From Theionarchaea archaeon (GTDB lineage Archaea > Methanobacteriota_B > Thermococci > Methanofastidiosales > SZ-28-30), in contig JACVGT010000011.1 in the NCBI GenBank assembly GCA_018992685.1, forward strand, positions 178,094 through 242,093: a DNA stretch of 64,000 bases. The letters are read 5' to 3'. Below, piece by piece: positions 38,462 through 48,594 of this stretch. Both the position numbers and the translations under genes were made by a program. The stretch's first letter is position 1. Every line of letters begins with the position of its first letter. Under the pieces are notes generated by a model that saw only the letters and a program-made list of their open reading frames with translations, searched no databases and was not told where the DNA came from.

Positions 38462-40333
38462 ATGAGTCAATGCAGTCTGTGTGGTGGAGAAATCTTGGAT
38501 CGGAGTGATTCCCGCTATTGCGTTCATTGCCAGGCAACCTTCCACAGAAGCTGTGTTATCGATCACTTCTATCGAAATAAGTACTGCCCGGTCTGCAACA
38601 AAAAAATGTCCTTGATATTCATGCGGTTTGGTGAACCTCCTCAATCCACAATGAAGAAGAGGTCTTTGCCAAATGAAATCAGAAAGCCCAAGTGGCCCCA
38701 GCTGGAAAGAAGGACAGAGGTTCCCGTTTTCGAAATTGACATCCCGACAGGTCCCCTGAAGCGTACAGACAAGTACATACCAAAGGCCCGAGGCAAACGG
38801 CAATTCAAGCTCCCAAAGAAACTCCCCATGAAATTCATCGGGATTGTTTTCATCCTAGCCGTCATTGGAGGAGGTGCCTACTTTGGGAGAAGCTATCTCC
38901 CCACAAGCTTTGGAACCCAGGAAGAACAACCCACCGCATCGCCCTGGACTGTGGTATGGACCTATCCTCTGGAAGGCGTTACTGACATGGCTGCTTCTCC
39001 TGAGGGAATCGTCGTGGGCAGCAGACAGGGACTTGTGATATTCGCTGTTGATGGCTCTGTCTTGTGGCAAAGAGAGGGCGAAATTACTGATGTAGATATA
39101 AATGAAAGCATTATTGCAGTCACCAACAGAGGATATGTAGAAATGTACACAATCGAAGGGACAGAACTGGTTCGGTATGGCGAAGGATTCTCAGATTCAG
39201 TCTCTCTCTCCAGTCTCCAGATTGCAGCAGCAGGTTCCTCTCAGGGGGGAATAACTTTTGTTGATACAGATGGGAATGTGCTCCAGAAAATCGAGACAGG
39301 CCCGGTAACCAACGTCTCTTTTTCTGAAAACAGTGAAATGACAGCATACCGACAGGAGGGAACAGTGTATGTTCTGGACATTCTGGGGGACGTCATGTAT
39401 GCCTTTGATGACCAGGGATCTGCACAGGATCGAATCATCCTGCTTTCCCAGGGACGGGTATTTGCGCAGGCGGCTCAGAACGTCTTCCTGTATGATGGAG
39501 AGACTGATTCTGTCCTGTGGAGTGCAGAGGTAGGAACGTGCAGTGCAGGTCTTTCAGTTTCAGAGGATGGAGGAACCTTTGCCGTGTGCGGCCAGAACCC
39601 TGTGTTGTACAACAGTTCAGGGCAGGAAATACACACACTACCCAAGGGTAGCTGTGGAAGCATTGCCTTTGTCAACCAGGATGTCGTGGTATCAGATTCC
39701 AATACTATCTATTTCTTACGGTATGCTCAGCCCACCATAACAACTCCTCCTGAAGAAGAAGGCGAGAAGCAGCCGGAAGAATCAGAAGAGCCAGGAGAAC
39801 AACCTTCCACAGAACTGGGAACGTATCAAGAATGGTTCACCTGGTATCAGTCATTTCTCTCCACAGAAGGGAATTCTGCAACCTACAGTATTGAGGTGAA
39901 AGAGGGAGAAAGCGTCTCCACCATGGAAATCAACTATATGATTGAAGGGAAAGAAGAGAAGACCGTCATTGAATCCTTTACCATAGTCATTAAGACCCAG
40001 GAAGCAGAACTCAAGAGTACATTCAAGAGGTGGATTGGCCCGGATGGAACCTGCCTGAAAGCTGAAATGACCATTGACACCACCAGCACGGCAATAGACT
40101 GCAGCAAGACTACCATTCAGGGAGTTGACCTCAGAGAGATTCTTTCATTCGCAGATAAGGTTTCTTATGTTGGCCAAGAAGAAGTGACAGTGGGCAGGGG
40201 TACGTTCCTGTGTCACAAATTGGAATATGACACAGGGAATGGGATTATTACTCTCTGGATTTCTGATGGAATGCCCCCCATCAAGGTTTCATTGCAGCAG
40301 GGTGAACGACTGGTCACCATGAGCCTTGAATGA
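38462..40333 (+). CDS. RING/PHD-like zinc finger + single TM + beta-propeller membrane protein
   Basis: N-terminal C-x2-C-x12-C-x2-C-x4-H-x2-C-x10-C-x2-C; TM FIGIVFILAVIGGGAYF; WD/PQQ-like repeats; C-terminal EEVTVGRGTFLC domain. Confidence 0.8.
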   Translation: MSQCSLCGGEILDRSDSRYCVHCQATFHRSCVIDHFYRNKYCPVCNKKMSLIFMRFGEPPQSTMKKRSLPNEIRKPKWPQLERRTEVPVFEIDIPTGPLKRTDKYIPKARGKRQFKLPKKLPMKFIGIVFILAVIGGGAYFGRSYLPTSFGTQEEQPTASPWTVVWTYPLEGVTDMAASPEGIVVGSRQGLVIFAVDGSVLWQREGEITDVDINESIIAVTNRGYVEMYTIEGTELVRYGEGFSDSVSLSSLQIAAAGSSQGGITFVDTDGNVLQKIETGPVTNVSFSENSEMTAYRQEGTVYVLDILGDVMYAFDDQGSAQDRIILLSQGRVFAQAAQNVFLYDGETDSVLWSAEVGTCSAGLSVSEDGGTFAVCGQNPVLYNSSGQEIHTLPKGSCGSIAFVNQDVVVSDSNTIYFLRYAQPTITTPPEEEGEKQPEESEEPGEQPSTELGTYQEWFTWYQSFLSTEGNSATYSIEVKEGESVSTMEINYMIEGKEEKTVIESFTIVIKTQEAELKSTFKRWIGPDGTCLKAEMTIDTTSTAIDCSKTTIQGVDLREILSFADKVSYVGQEEVTVGRGTFLCHKLEYDTGNGIITLWISDGMPPIKVSLQQGERLVTMSLE

Positions 40334-40414
40334 TTATAAGCTTCAATCATCACATGTCACACAAGGTTATAAACAAATCACAGTTCACCCCGTTTGCTTC
40401 TTCTATCATAACAA

Positions 40415-40642
40415 CTACAGACTTCTGGGTGCTAGATACACAACATTAGCTCCTCGAATGACAATATAACCGATCTTTCGGAACACTTCATCATCAGCAA
40501 GTTCTTCAGTATTCGCCATTACTAGGTTCAGATGTTGGTCGTATCCTTTGAGAATACCACGAAACACTCTGTTGCCCCGGAGCTCTACCAGGACGTTTTT
40601 TTCCAGGGAACCATGAATGAGGTCAAGCGGTTTTTCTGCCAT
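40415..40642 (-). CDS. Sm-like archaeal protein (SmAP)
   Basis: PLDL, GILKGYDQHLNLV (Sm1) and IRGANV (Sm2). Confidence 0.92.
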   Translation of the reverse strand: MAEKPLDLIHGSLEKNVLVELRGNRVFRGILKGYDQHLNLVMANTEELADDEVFRKIGYIVIRGANVVYLAPRSL

Positions 40643-40867
40643 AGTTATTCACCAGTTTGTAGTTTCTACGGGGCTTTATATATGTTTGCATTGAGGGTTC
40701 TTTTAGCCATTTCTCGCTTTTACCTGTTCTTGTGGATTCCGAATTGTTATTATCCATCAAAAAGTGTGCACAAAAGCTCACAGAAGGAGTTCACAGATTC
40801 AAACTCTCCATGCAATCGTGACCGGTCCTGTAATAAACCTTTTAAAGTAATGGTAGTATGACACCCC

Positions 40868-43228
40868 ATGTCTGAAGAGTTTATCTTGTGGTTTGATGAA
40901 ATTGGTATGGAAGATGTACCGCGTGTGGGAGGTAAGTCTGCTTCTCTGGGAGAAATGACTAAGGCCGACGTGCCTGTTCCCTTTGGGTTTACCACCACAG
41001 CTGCAGCTTATCAATCCTTTATTACTCAATCACACCTGGAATCCGTGCTTGAGAAGTCATTGTCGGAGTTAGAAGACCCTGAAGATACTAGGACCCTCCA
41101 GAAGGTGGGAAAGAAGATCAGGGAGGCCATCCAGAACGCAGAAATGCCAGAAGCATTGGAAAAGGTTATTAAGGAGGCTTATAAGGAGCTGACTGCCAGA
41201 TATCAGAAGGAAGGAGGCTCTGGAGAGCCATATGTGGCCATTCGTTCTTCTGCAACGGCAGAAGACCTTCCTGATGCCTCGTTTGCGGGGCAACAGGAGA
41301 CATATTTGAACGTTGTGGGCGCCCAGGAGGTTGTGGAGAGGATACAGGAGTGTTTCGCATCCTTGTTCACTGACCGGGCCATCTACTACCGTATACAAAA
41401 AGGATTTGAACATATGGAAGTTTCTCTGGCTGCCATTGTGCAGTTGATGGTATTCAGTGAAGCTGCAGGTGTCATGTTCACTCTGAATGTGTCCAACGGA
41501 GATCGGAACGTGGTTCAGATTGAGGGCGCATACGGGCTGGGAGAATATGTAGTTCAGGGAAAGGTGACACCTGATGTGTATTACGTGAATAAGGAATCAC
41601 TATCCATTCAGAAGATCATTTCTGAGAAAGATGTGATGCTCATACGGAAGGAGAAGGGTGGAGTTGAAGAAAAGAAAGTTCCTGCCTCAAAGAAGAAAGA
41701 ACAGGTAGTTACTGACGAGCAGGTAGTGCAGCTGGCTGAATACGGGAAATCAATTGAAGCCCATTACAGAAAGCCCATGGATATCGAGTGGGGACTGGAT
41801 CAGAGAACAGATAAATTATGGATACTGCAAGCCAGACCAGAGACTGCCTGGGCTGCACGAGGACGAACAGAGGAAGAAAGAGGGGAAATGATAACGACCA
41901 AGGAAAGGAACATTATTGTGAAAGGGCTATCTGCATCTCCGGGGATAGCTGCAGGTAAAGCTCATGTGATCATGGATGTCACAGGTATCCATCAATTCCA
42001 GCAGGGGGAAATCCTGGTGACGGAAATGACTGCACCTGATTGGGTCCCTGCCATGAAGAAGGCAAAAGCTATCGTTACCAACTCGGGTGGGACAACCTGT
42101 CATGCTGCAATTGTGTCCCGGGAGATGGGCATCCCCTGCATTGTGGCTGCTCAGGGAGCTACCGATGCTGTGACCAATGGTCAGGACATTACTGTGGATG
42201 CCACCAATGGTGTGGTGTATGAGGGTATTCTGGAAGAAGCAGTTGCTGAGAAGAAGGAAGAGAGAGAAGTTGCTGCAGAAGTGGCACCAGTGACAGGTAC
42301 GAAAGTGCTGATGAACCTAGGGGACCCTGATCTGGCCGAGAAGTATGCAGTACTCCCCTGTGATGGGATAGGACTGATGCGGGAAGAATTCATCTGGACC
42401 ACCTTCATTCATGAGCATCCCAACTACATGATCGAGATCGGACAGTCAGAGAAAGTGGTAGATATGCTGGCTGAAGGGTTCAGGAAGGTGGCAAAAGCAC
42501 TGTATCCCAGGCCTGTGGTGTTGCGGCTTAGTGATTTTAAGACCAGCGAATATCGAGATTTGAAAGGTGGTGACAAGTTTGAACCTGAGGAACCTTCTGC
42601 ACTGCTGGGGTGGAGAGGCGCCTCCCGGTACTATGATCCAGGATATGTTGAAGCCTTCAAACTGGAATTGACGGCAGTCAAGAAGGTCAGAGAGGAGTTC
42701 AGGTTGCAGAATCTGTGGGTCATGATTCCCTTCTGCAGGACTGTGGAAGAGTGTAGAAAGGTCATTACCATTATGAAGGAGCAGGGACTGGAGAGAGGAC
42801 CTGACTTCAAGATCTGGTTAATGGCAGAGATACCTTCCAATATTGTACTGGCAGACAAGTTCAGTGAGTATGTTGATGGATTTTCAGTGGGTTCCAACGA
42901 CCTGACTATGTTGATATTGGGCGCAGACAGGGACAATGACAGAATTGCCTCGATTTTTGATGAGAGAGATCTGGCAGTGAGACGTTCGATCAAGCACTTG
43001 ATCGAGGTAGCTCACGGGAAGAGGAAGACTGTCTCGATTTGTGGACAGGCACCATCTGTCTATCCAGATTTCACTGAGTTTCTGGTGAGGGCAGGAATTG
43101 ATTCTGTCTCTGTGAACCCTGATGCTGTCAAGTCCACCAAGAAACTGGTGGCTCAGGTTGAACAGAGGATTGTTCTGGAGAAGGCTACAGGAAGAGGAAT
43201 TGCCGCAGATGAAGATCTGGAGTGGTAG
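40868..43228 (+). CDS. ppsA: Phosphoenolpyruvate synthase
   Basis: VGGKSASLGEM, RSSATAEDL, SFAGQ, TCHAAIVSRE, GWRGASRY and ICGQAPS motifs. Confidence 0.96.
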   Translation: MSEEFILWFDEIGMEDVPRVGGKSASLGEMTKADVPVPFGFTTTAAAYQSFITQSHLESVLEKSLSELEDPEDTRTLQKVGKKIREAIQNAEMPEALEKVIKEAYKELTARYQKEGGSGEPYVAIRSSATAEDLPDASFAGQQETYLNVVGAQEVVERIQECFASLFTDRAIYYRIQKGFEHMEVSLAAIVQLMVFSEAAGVMFTLNVSNGDRNVVQIEGAYGLGEYVVQGKVTPDVYYVNKESLSIQKIISEKDVMLIRKEKGGVEEKKVPASKKKEQVVTDEQVVQLAEYGKSIEAHYRKPMDIEWGLDQRTDKLWILQARPETAWAARGRTEEERGEMITTKERNIIVKGLSASPGIAAGKAHVIMDVTGIHQFQQGEILVTEMTAPDWVPAMKKAKAIVTNSGGTTCHAAIVSREMGIPCIVAAQGATDAVTNGQDITVDATNGVVYEGILEEAVAEKKEEREVAAEVAPVTGTKVLMNLGDPDLAEKYAVLPCDGIGLMREEFIWTTFIHEHPNYMIEIGQSEKVVDMLAEGFRKVAKALYPRPVVLRLSDFKTSEYRDLKGGDKFEPEEPSALLGWRGASRYYDPGYVEAFKLELTAVKKVREEFRLQNLWVMIPFCRTVEECRKVITIMKEQGLERGPDFKIWLMAEIPSNIVLADKFSEYVDGFSVGSNDLTMLILGADRDNDRIASIFDERDLAVRRSIKHLIEVAHGKRKTVSICGQAPSVYPDFTEFLVRAGIDSVSVNPDAVKSTKKLVAQVEQRIVLEKATGRGIAADEDLEW

Positions 43229-43561
43229 TAAAATTCCTTTTCTTCATTTTATTGGGATTGAGATGTCTCTTCATGACTTCAGAAGACATTATAGAAGGTG
43301 ACTTTCATATCGGGTTGTACCTCCATATGGGGGTTCCTTCCGGGAATTTCTGCAAGAGAATTCTTCTGGCACGAACCGTTGGAGGAGTCTTTCAACATCT
43401 TGAAGGTCGATCTACTACGGTGGTCACGGTAGAAGATTCTAGCCCTGAGCGAAACCCTTATATACTACGGAAGAAAACCGAGAGAAGGAATTACTGATAA
43501 GAACATTCGTTTTTTATCCAGTTCAATTCTGAAAAATAACCCAATTACCGGAGGTGATATT

Positions 43562-43888
43562 GTGAATCAAGACCTAGACAAGTATATAACTTGCATCAAG
43601 GGAGAGTACAAAGGGGAGATAGTCTTGTTTTCCCTGAGTAACTGTGCACGCTGCAAGAAAGTCAAGAAAACTCTCAATGAAATGGGTGTTCAGTACTACT
43701 ACATAGATATCGACCGTGCTGATGAAAAGGACAGACCACGGCTCATGGAAACTGTAGAAAGGTGGAATCCCGCTTGTGTTTTCCCCACTGTGGTCATCAA
43801 CAAGACTATCTGTGTTACGGGCGATCCTTCCCGGATCTCCGACACTCTGGAAGAGTTCTGTCTTCCAGCAGTAAACACCCAGAATTAA
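43562..43888 (+). CDS. Glutaredoxin family protein
   Basis: CARC active site, FPTVVIN, SD GGAGGTGAT. Confidence 0.85.
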   Translation: MNQDLDKYITCIKGEYKGEIVLFSLSNCARCKKVKKTLNEMGVQYYYIDIDRADEKDRPRLMETVERWNPACVFPTVVINKTICVTGDPSRISDTLEEFCLPAVNTQN

Positions 43889-44046
43889 GCCGAGTACAAG
43901 AGTGCTTAAGCACTCTTTCAGCTGCCTCCTGTCTTCTTCTGTAGCATTGTAACTCCTTCTGCCGAAGCTGTATCAAAAATCAAATCCACATACATTTCAA
44001 GACTGACGGGAAAAGCTTATTAATGAGGAATCACACGTTCTTTGTT

Positions 44047-44790
44047 ATGCAGAAAGTAATCATTATTGAAGATCTAACCAAGAGATTCGAAGATATTACG
44101 GCAATAGACCATCTCACTCTTGAAGTACCCAAGGGAGAACTTTTCGGCCTTCTGGGCCCAAATGGGGCCGGAAAGACCACAACTATCAACGTCCTGTGTG
44201 GCATTCTCGCCCCCACTTCCGGGAAGGTGATGGTTGGTGGATACAATGTTTTCACTGAACCACGGAAAGTCAAGTCCCTCATCGGTGTCTGTCCCCAGGA
44301 CACAGCAGTCTACGATTATCTAACAGGGAGAGAGAACATAGAATTCTTCGGGCACCTCTACAACCTGCCCCAGGAGACCCTCGCGAGAAACTCAGCTGAC
44401 CTCCTCCAAAAGATGGAATTGACTGATCACCAGAACAGAAGAGTCAGCAAGTATTCAGGGGGCATGCGCCGGCGCATCAACCTTGCCATGGCGTTGGTCC
44501 ATAGCCCGGAGATAGCATTTCTCGATGAACCCACAGTTGCCATGGATCCCCAGTCTCGCCATGCGGTTTGGGACTTTATACGAGAACAAAAGAGCCAGGG
44601 GAAGACCATCATACTCACCACCCATTACATGGAGGAGGCAGAGGAACTCTGTGATCGAGTGGGAATTATTGACTATGGACGACTCATTGCCTTCGGGAGC
44701 CCAGCAGAGCTTAGGCAGAAATACAACGCTGAAAACCTTGAAGACGTCTTCATTCAGCTTACCGGGAGACGCATTCGGGAGGCGGTATGA
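44047..44790 (+). CDS. ABC transporter ATP-binding protein (DrrA-like)
   Basis: GPNGAGKT, YSGGM, LDEPT and TTHYMEEA motifs. Confidence 0.95.
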   Translation: MQKVIIIEDLTKRFEDITAIDHLTLEVPKGELFGLLGPNGAGKTTTINVLCGILAPTSGKVMVGGYNVFTEPRKVKSLIGVCPQDTAVYDYLTGRENIEFFGHLYNLPQETLARNSADLLQKMELTDHQNRRVSKYSGGMRRRINLAMALVHSPEIAFLDEPTVAMDPQSRHAVWDFIREQKSQGKTIILTTHYMEEAEELCDRVGIIDYGRLIAFGSPAELRQKYNAENLEDVFIQLTGRRIREAV

Positions 44791-45950
44791 TGAACAGCGA
44801 GAGAATGCTGGCCTTTACTAGGAAAAACCTCAAACAAATAGTGCGAGAACCAGCAAGCTTGTTCCTTGTTATTCTATTTCCCGTGGTCCTGACCCTGGTC
44901 TTTGGGATATCCTTTGGAGGCATTGGAGGAGAACAGTCGGCAGTCTACGACATCGGTGTGGTAACCCTGGATGCCGGAACGTATCCTGTATGGGCTTTAA
45001 CGTTTGTGGATGCTCTAGATTCTACGGAGATCCTGATTATCAGGAGGTATGAAACCCTGGAAGCGGCCCAGAACGATCTGATACAGGGGTCTGTCAAGGC
45101 AGTACTGGTTATTCCGGAACGCTTTGGAGAGAGCTGCACCTCTTTTGTCCAAGCTCCTGAAAATCCTGCCCTGTGGGTTGAGTCTACTGTTGACCTATTC
45201 CTGGATAGTGGGTCCATGTTTGCCACCCAGGCCATCCCACCAATCATTCAGCAGGTCTTGACAACGCTGATTGCAGGTGAACAGCCCACCGTCCAGCTCC
45301 CGGTTCACCTGGGGATTCCCTCTCTCGTAGAGGCAGAATCTCTTACCGTGTTTGACTACTTCACACCCGGAATTTTTGCCTTTGCCGTCATCTTCTTGAC
45401 GATGATCGTAGCACAGACATTCACCGTGGACCGTGAGAAAGGGCTTCTTCGCAGGATTAACACGACTCCTGCTTCTCCTTTCGAAGTCATTCTGGGCTAC
45501 ACCATATCCAATATGGGGCTGGCTGTGATTCAGGTGGCTGTCGTCTTTGCCATGGCTTTCCTGGTGGGGTATTCTACTCCTGCAGGACTTCCTGGTTTAT
45601 TCTTCGCCTTCGTCATTGTTATGGTATTTGCCCTATGTTCTGTGGGGTTCGGACTGATCACAGCTTCCATAGCCAAGACGCCTGGAGCTGCTACTGGAAT
45701 CTCTTTTGTGTTCATCGTGCCTCAGATGTTTTTGGGAACCTTTGTTTCAGTGGGACTGTCTTCTGTTGCCCAGACCGCAGGGAAATTTGTCCCCAGCTAC
45801 TATGTGACCGATGCCCTGACCTCCTTATTGCTACGAGGGGCACCTGTAACCAGTCAGACAGTGGTACTGGATTTTGTGGTGGTCACTGCAGTTAGTATAG
45901 GAGTTCTTATGGTAGGCGCTCTTGCTTTCCGGAGATATGGAAATACCTGA
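44787..45950 (+). CDS. ABC-2 type transporter permease
   Basis: N-terminal TM, extracellular loop, 5 C-terminal TMs, DREKG motif; ATGA-coupled. Confidence 0.9.
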   Translation: MMNSERMLAFTRKNLKQIVREPASLFLVILFPVVLTLVFGISFGGIGGEQSAVYDIGVVTLDAGTYPVWALTFVDALDSTEILIIRRYETLEAAQNDLIQGSVKAVLVIPERFGESCTSFVQAPENPALWVESTVDLFLDSGSMFATQAIPPIIQQVLTTLIAGEQPTVQLPVHLGIPSLVEAESLTVFDYFTPGIFAFAVIFLTMIVAQTFTVDREKGLLRRINTTPASPFEVILGYTISNMGLAVIQVAVVFAMAFLVGYSTPAGLPGLFFAFVIVMVFALCSVGFGLITASIAKTPGAATGISFVFIVPQMFLGTFVSVGLSSVAQTAGKFVPSYYVTDALTSLLLRGAPVTSQTVVLDFVVVTAVSIGVLMVGALAFRRYGNT

Positions 45951-45983
45951 CTCCGCACTGCCTATTACGCTGAAAGGCTTTCA

Positions 45984-46151
45984 TCAAAAGTCAGGTGTTT
46001 CATCTTTTTCAAACAGCAGGTAATGATTGACCAGAGTGGGTGATCCTTGGGCCTGGTACGTGTGAAGGTGCCACCCACCTTTCTGATAGTCTGCAATGAC
46101 CTGGCCAATCCTTTCATGATGTTCCACTTTGACACATGTGTAGGTTTTCAC
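45984..46151 (-). CDS. Small DUF4177-like protein (55 aa; not in ORF track)
   Basis: GTG start after GGAGGA: MKTYTCVKVEHHERIGQVIADYQKGGWHLHTYQAQGSPTLVNHYLLFEKDETPDF*; GW..L and LLFEK pattern. Confidence 0.7.
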   Translation of the reverse strand: MKTYTCVKVEHHERIGQVIADYQKGGWHLHTYQAQGSPTLVNHYLLFEKDETPDF

Positions 46152-46424
46152 GTAGATTCCTCCACTTCAACGAACCTGAAGTAATGACGGCTCCACGTAT
46201 AAAACATTGCCTGCTCCTTCCAGAGGCAGAACGATCGACCTTGCTCACCCATTTCTTTGCCGTCCCACTTGTCAATTATCCAGCGAGTCTCCAATGAAAT
46301 GACCTGCGGAAATCCGAAAAATTCTGGCACAACTGATGAAAGAAAGGTTTTTAAGTCGGGGGAAAGAAGAAATGACAGGGAGAACACTGGAAGCCAGGAT
46401 CATTTCCAGTGCGGAGGTGGTTGG

Positions 46425-46856
46425 ATGTTTTCTCAACAGAGGAAATACACGTATCAGAGAAAAGTATACCTTGCATGGATTGGAATCGTACTGTGTCTCC
46501 TGGCACTGTCCTTCATGTCTTTTCTTGAGGGATGGCTCATTGTCTCAGTGGGAATCTTCATCGTGGCTGTCTACTGGCTGGCCGAGACATTCTATGGGTT
46601 CAGAAAGAGTGTCCTTGTTACCACAGATGATGAGATAATAATTACGCGATCGCTGCTTTTTGGGTCTTTTCGAATTCCTACGAAAGACATTGTAAAGATA
46701 GCCCTGAAAAAGGACAGCTTCTGGCCTCGAGCTACCATTTTCTTTAATCTCAAAGATGGAGTCAGGAATTTTCCAATTATGGTTCGAAGCTTGCGGAAGG
46801 AAGACAAGGCTGCACTCTTTGAATATTTAGAGAATCTTCAAGAGAGAGCCCAGTAG
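46425..46856 (+). CDS. Two-TM membrane protein with PH-like C-terminal domain
   Basis: ATG after GGAGGTG, two hydrophobic helices, beta-rich tail. Confidence 0.65.
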   Translation: MFSQQRKYTYQRKVYLAWIGIVLCLLALSFMSFLEGWLIVSVGIFIVAVYWLAETFYGFRKSVLVTTDDEIIITRSLLFGSFRIPTKDIVKIALKKDSFWPRATIFFNLKDGVRNFPIMVRSLRKEDKAALFEYLENLQERAQ

Positions 46857-46909
46857 GGAGAAAAGGTCACAGGCAAACCTTTTTTACTCATGAACCCATG
46901 TAGCCTACA

Positions 46910-48151
46910 ATGAACCATCAGAGTCTTGAGACACCTCGATGCAAGATCTTTGTTGACATGCATAGGACTACCGGCATCTCTAGGGAGAAGTGCATCTATT
47001 GTAAGGGCCGATTGCTGTGCGGTCTCCCCAAGTGCCCCATCTTTGAACAGGTCCACATTCGCAGCAAGATAGAACTCGCAGATCACTTCTTTGGGCCTTC
47101 TCCTTCTGTGTTTGTAGGCTGGCAGAACTATCCTCGAGTACATGCAGGGCCTCTTTCCCTGAGTTTCAGCCCCGATGACCCCGCCCTCTTTGACAATCCG
47201 GGACGGTGGTATGGTTCTGAACTACCTCAGGTTGTGGATCTGCGGTCTGCATTAATCCGCTCAAAGGAAAAAGTCAATGTTAATATCCCCTCTGAAACCC
47301 TGCAGCTTTTGGCCCTTGCCAAAACCCCTCCGGATATTGAAGTGACTCTGCAGAGGAAACCTGCCTTCAGTATTGTGTTTTCTGCAATTGCACAGCCTAT
47401 GGGCCCCTCTGGAATGATTAAGGAACTGGAGATTGCAGACAATGTATCGGTTAATAAGCCTGTGGAACGGGTAACTACTGACGAAATGAATGCACAGGAG
47501 GCAGTCTGGAAACTATACACCTCTGATGTTGATGTCTATGCTTTGACCCGGTTGATGAGTGCAGGACTCCTGGGCATCAAGAAGAAAATGGTACCCACTC
47601 GATGGAGCATAACCACAGTGGATAATATTCTCGGGAACATTCTCATTGAGAGAATCAAGGAACTTCCCGTTCTGGATGAGTATGTGGTATACAGCAATGA
47701 ATACTTGGGTAACCACTTTGAGATCTTGGTTTTACCTCAGCGATGGGAGTATGAACAGTTGGAAGCATGGGTCCCTGATACCTTCTGGACCTTCGGCATG
47801 GAGGAGACCCGGATCATTGGGGAGCATGAAACCTATACCGGGCGAAGTGATTATGCCATCCGAGAAGGTGGAGGCTACTATGCTGTGAGGATGGCGTGCC
47901 TGGAAAAACTTCAGGAGCTCAAGAAGCAGGCAGCAGTCCTGGTCTTCAGGGAGACCACACCTGATTATTTTCTGTGTGTGGGAGTATGGGAATGCAGAGA
48001 GAATGTAAGAAACGCTGTCCAGGTGGGAACGTTTGCCACTCTTCAGGAGGCACTAGAGAGTATATCCTTGCGTCTCACCATCCCCATGGAGGAATGGAAG
48101 GGAAAATCAGTAATCTTGAGCCAGACGAAACTTGATTCCTGGATGCGATAA
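46910..48151 (+). CDS. nreA: Nre family DNA repair protein
   Basis: CxxCKGRLLCG..CP, SPSVFVG, VPTRWSIT, GGYYA, C-terminal PIP box QTKLDSW. Confidence 0.9.
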   Translation: MNHQSLETPRCKIFVDMHRTTGISREKCIYCKGRLLCGLPKCPIFEQVHIRSKIELADHFFGPSPSVFVGWQNYPRVHAGPLSLSFSPDDPALFDNPGRWYGSELPQVVDLRSALIRSKEKVNVNIPSETLQLLALAKTPPDIEVTLQRKPAFSIVFSAIAQPMGPSGMIKELEIADNVSVNKPVERVTTDEMNAQEAVWKLYTSDVDVYALTRLMSAGLLGIKKKMVPTRWSITTVDNILGNILIERIKELPVLDEYVVYSNEYLGNHFEILVLPQRWEYEQLEAWVPDTFWTFGMEETRIIGEHETYTGRSDYAIREGGGYYAVRMACLEKLQELKKQAAVLVFRETTPDYFLCVGVWECRENVRNAVQVGTFATLQEALESISLRLTIPMEEWKGKSVILSQTKLDSWMR

Positions 48152-48358
48152 CGCTCTGGATTTCAAAAGCTCTTCTTTTCACGTTCCCGAATGGTCAAAA
48201 TATCCCCCGTAGATCGAAAAGCACTATCTAGATTCACTTCTGCGAAAATGCAAAAACGCGCAATAGGATACGATTTCTTATTTTAGATGAATATTAGACA
48301 ATAAAGTGTAAAAAAAGTTATATATTCTCGTTATTACTGAAAACTGAGGTGATTACAC

Positions 48359-48433
48359 ATGAATCTCGAATATGCTCTTGCAAAGCTCAGGATAGAAGAG
48401 AGTCACAAGAACGCATTCCAGAAAAAGGCGTAA
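48359..48433 (+). CDS. Putative 24-aa small protein (not in ORF track)
   Basis: MNLEYALAKLRIEESHKNAFQKKA*; preceded by AAAAAAGTTATATA BRE/TATA and GAGGTGAT SD; followed by a pyrimidine tract. Confidence 0.55.
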   Translation: MNLEYALAKLRIEESHKNAFQKKA

Positions 48434-48594
48434 GGCTCTTTCTTCTTCTTTGATTACTTCCCTCATTTACGGTTTTTAGGATTCAACCAGTGTATGGGAA
48501 ACGACCTGTTGAGCAGTAGGTTCTCAGTACTCATTTCTGCTGATCGTTGCCGTGGTGTAAAAAAGGTTAAATACATCTTCGTCCTGTTCTTTTC

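Noticed and set aside
38007-38462. ORFs 38007-38462 (+) and 38141-38452 (-)
   Set aside because: No SD or motifs; they overlap promoter regions of real genes
40643-40867. Thermococcales glycolytic motif (TGM) upstream of ppsA
   Set aside because: No TATCAC-N5-GTGATA match found
46148-46387. 79-aa minus-strand ORF and possible TGA read-through
   Set aside because: The downstream 55-aa gene is in a different frame with its own SD, so no recoding is needed
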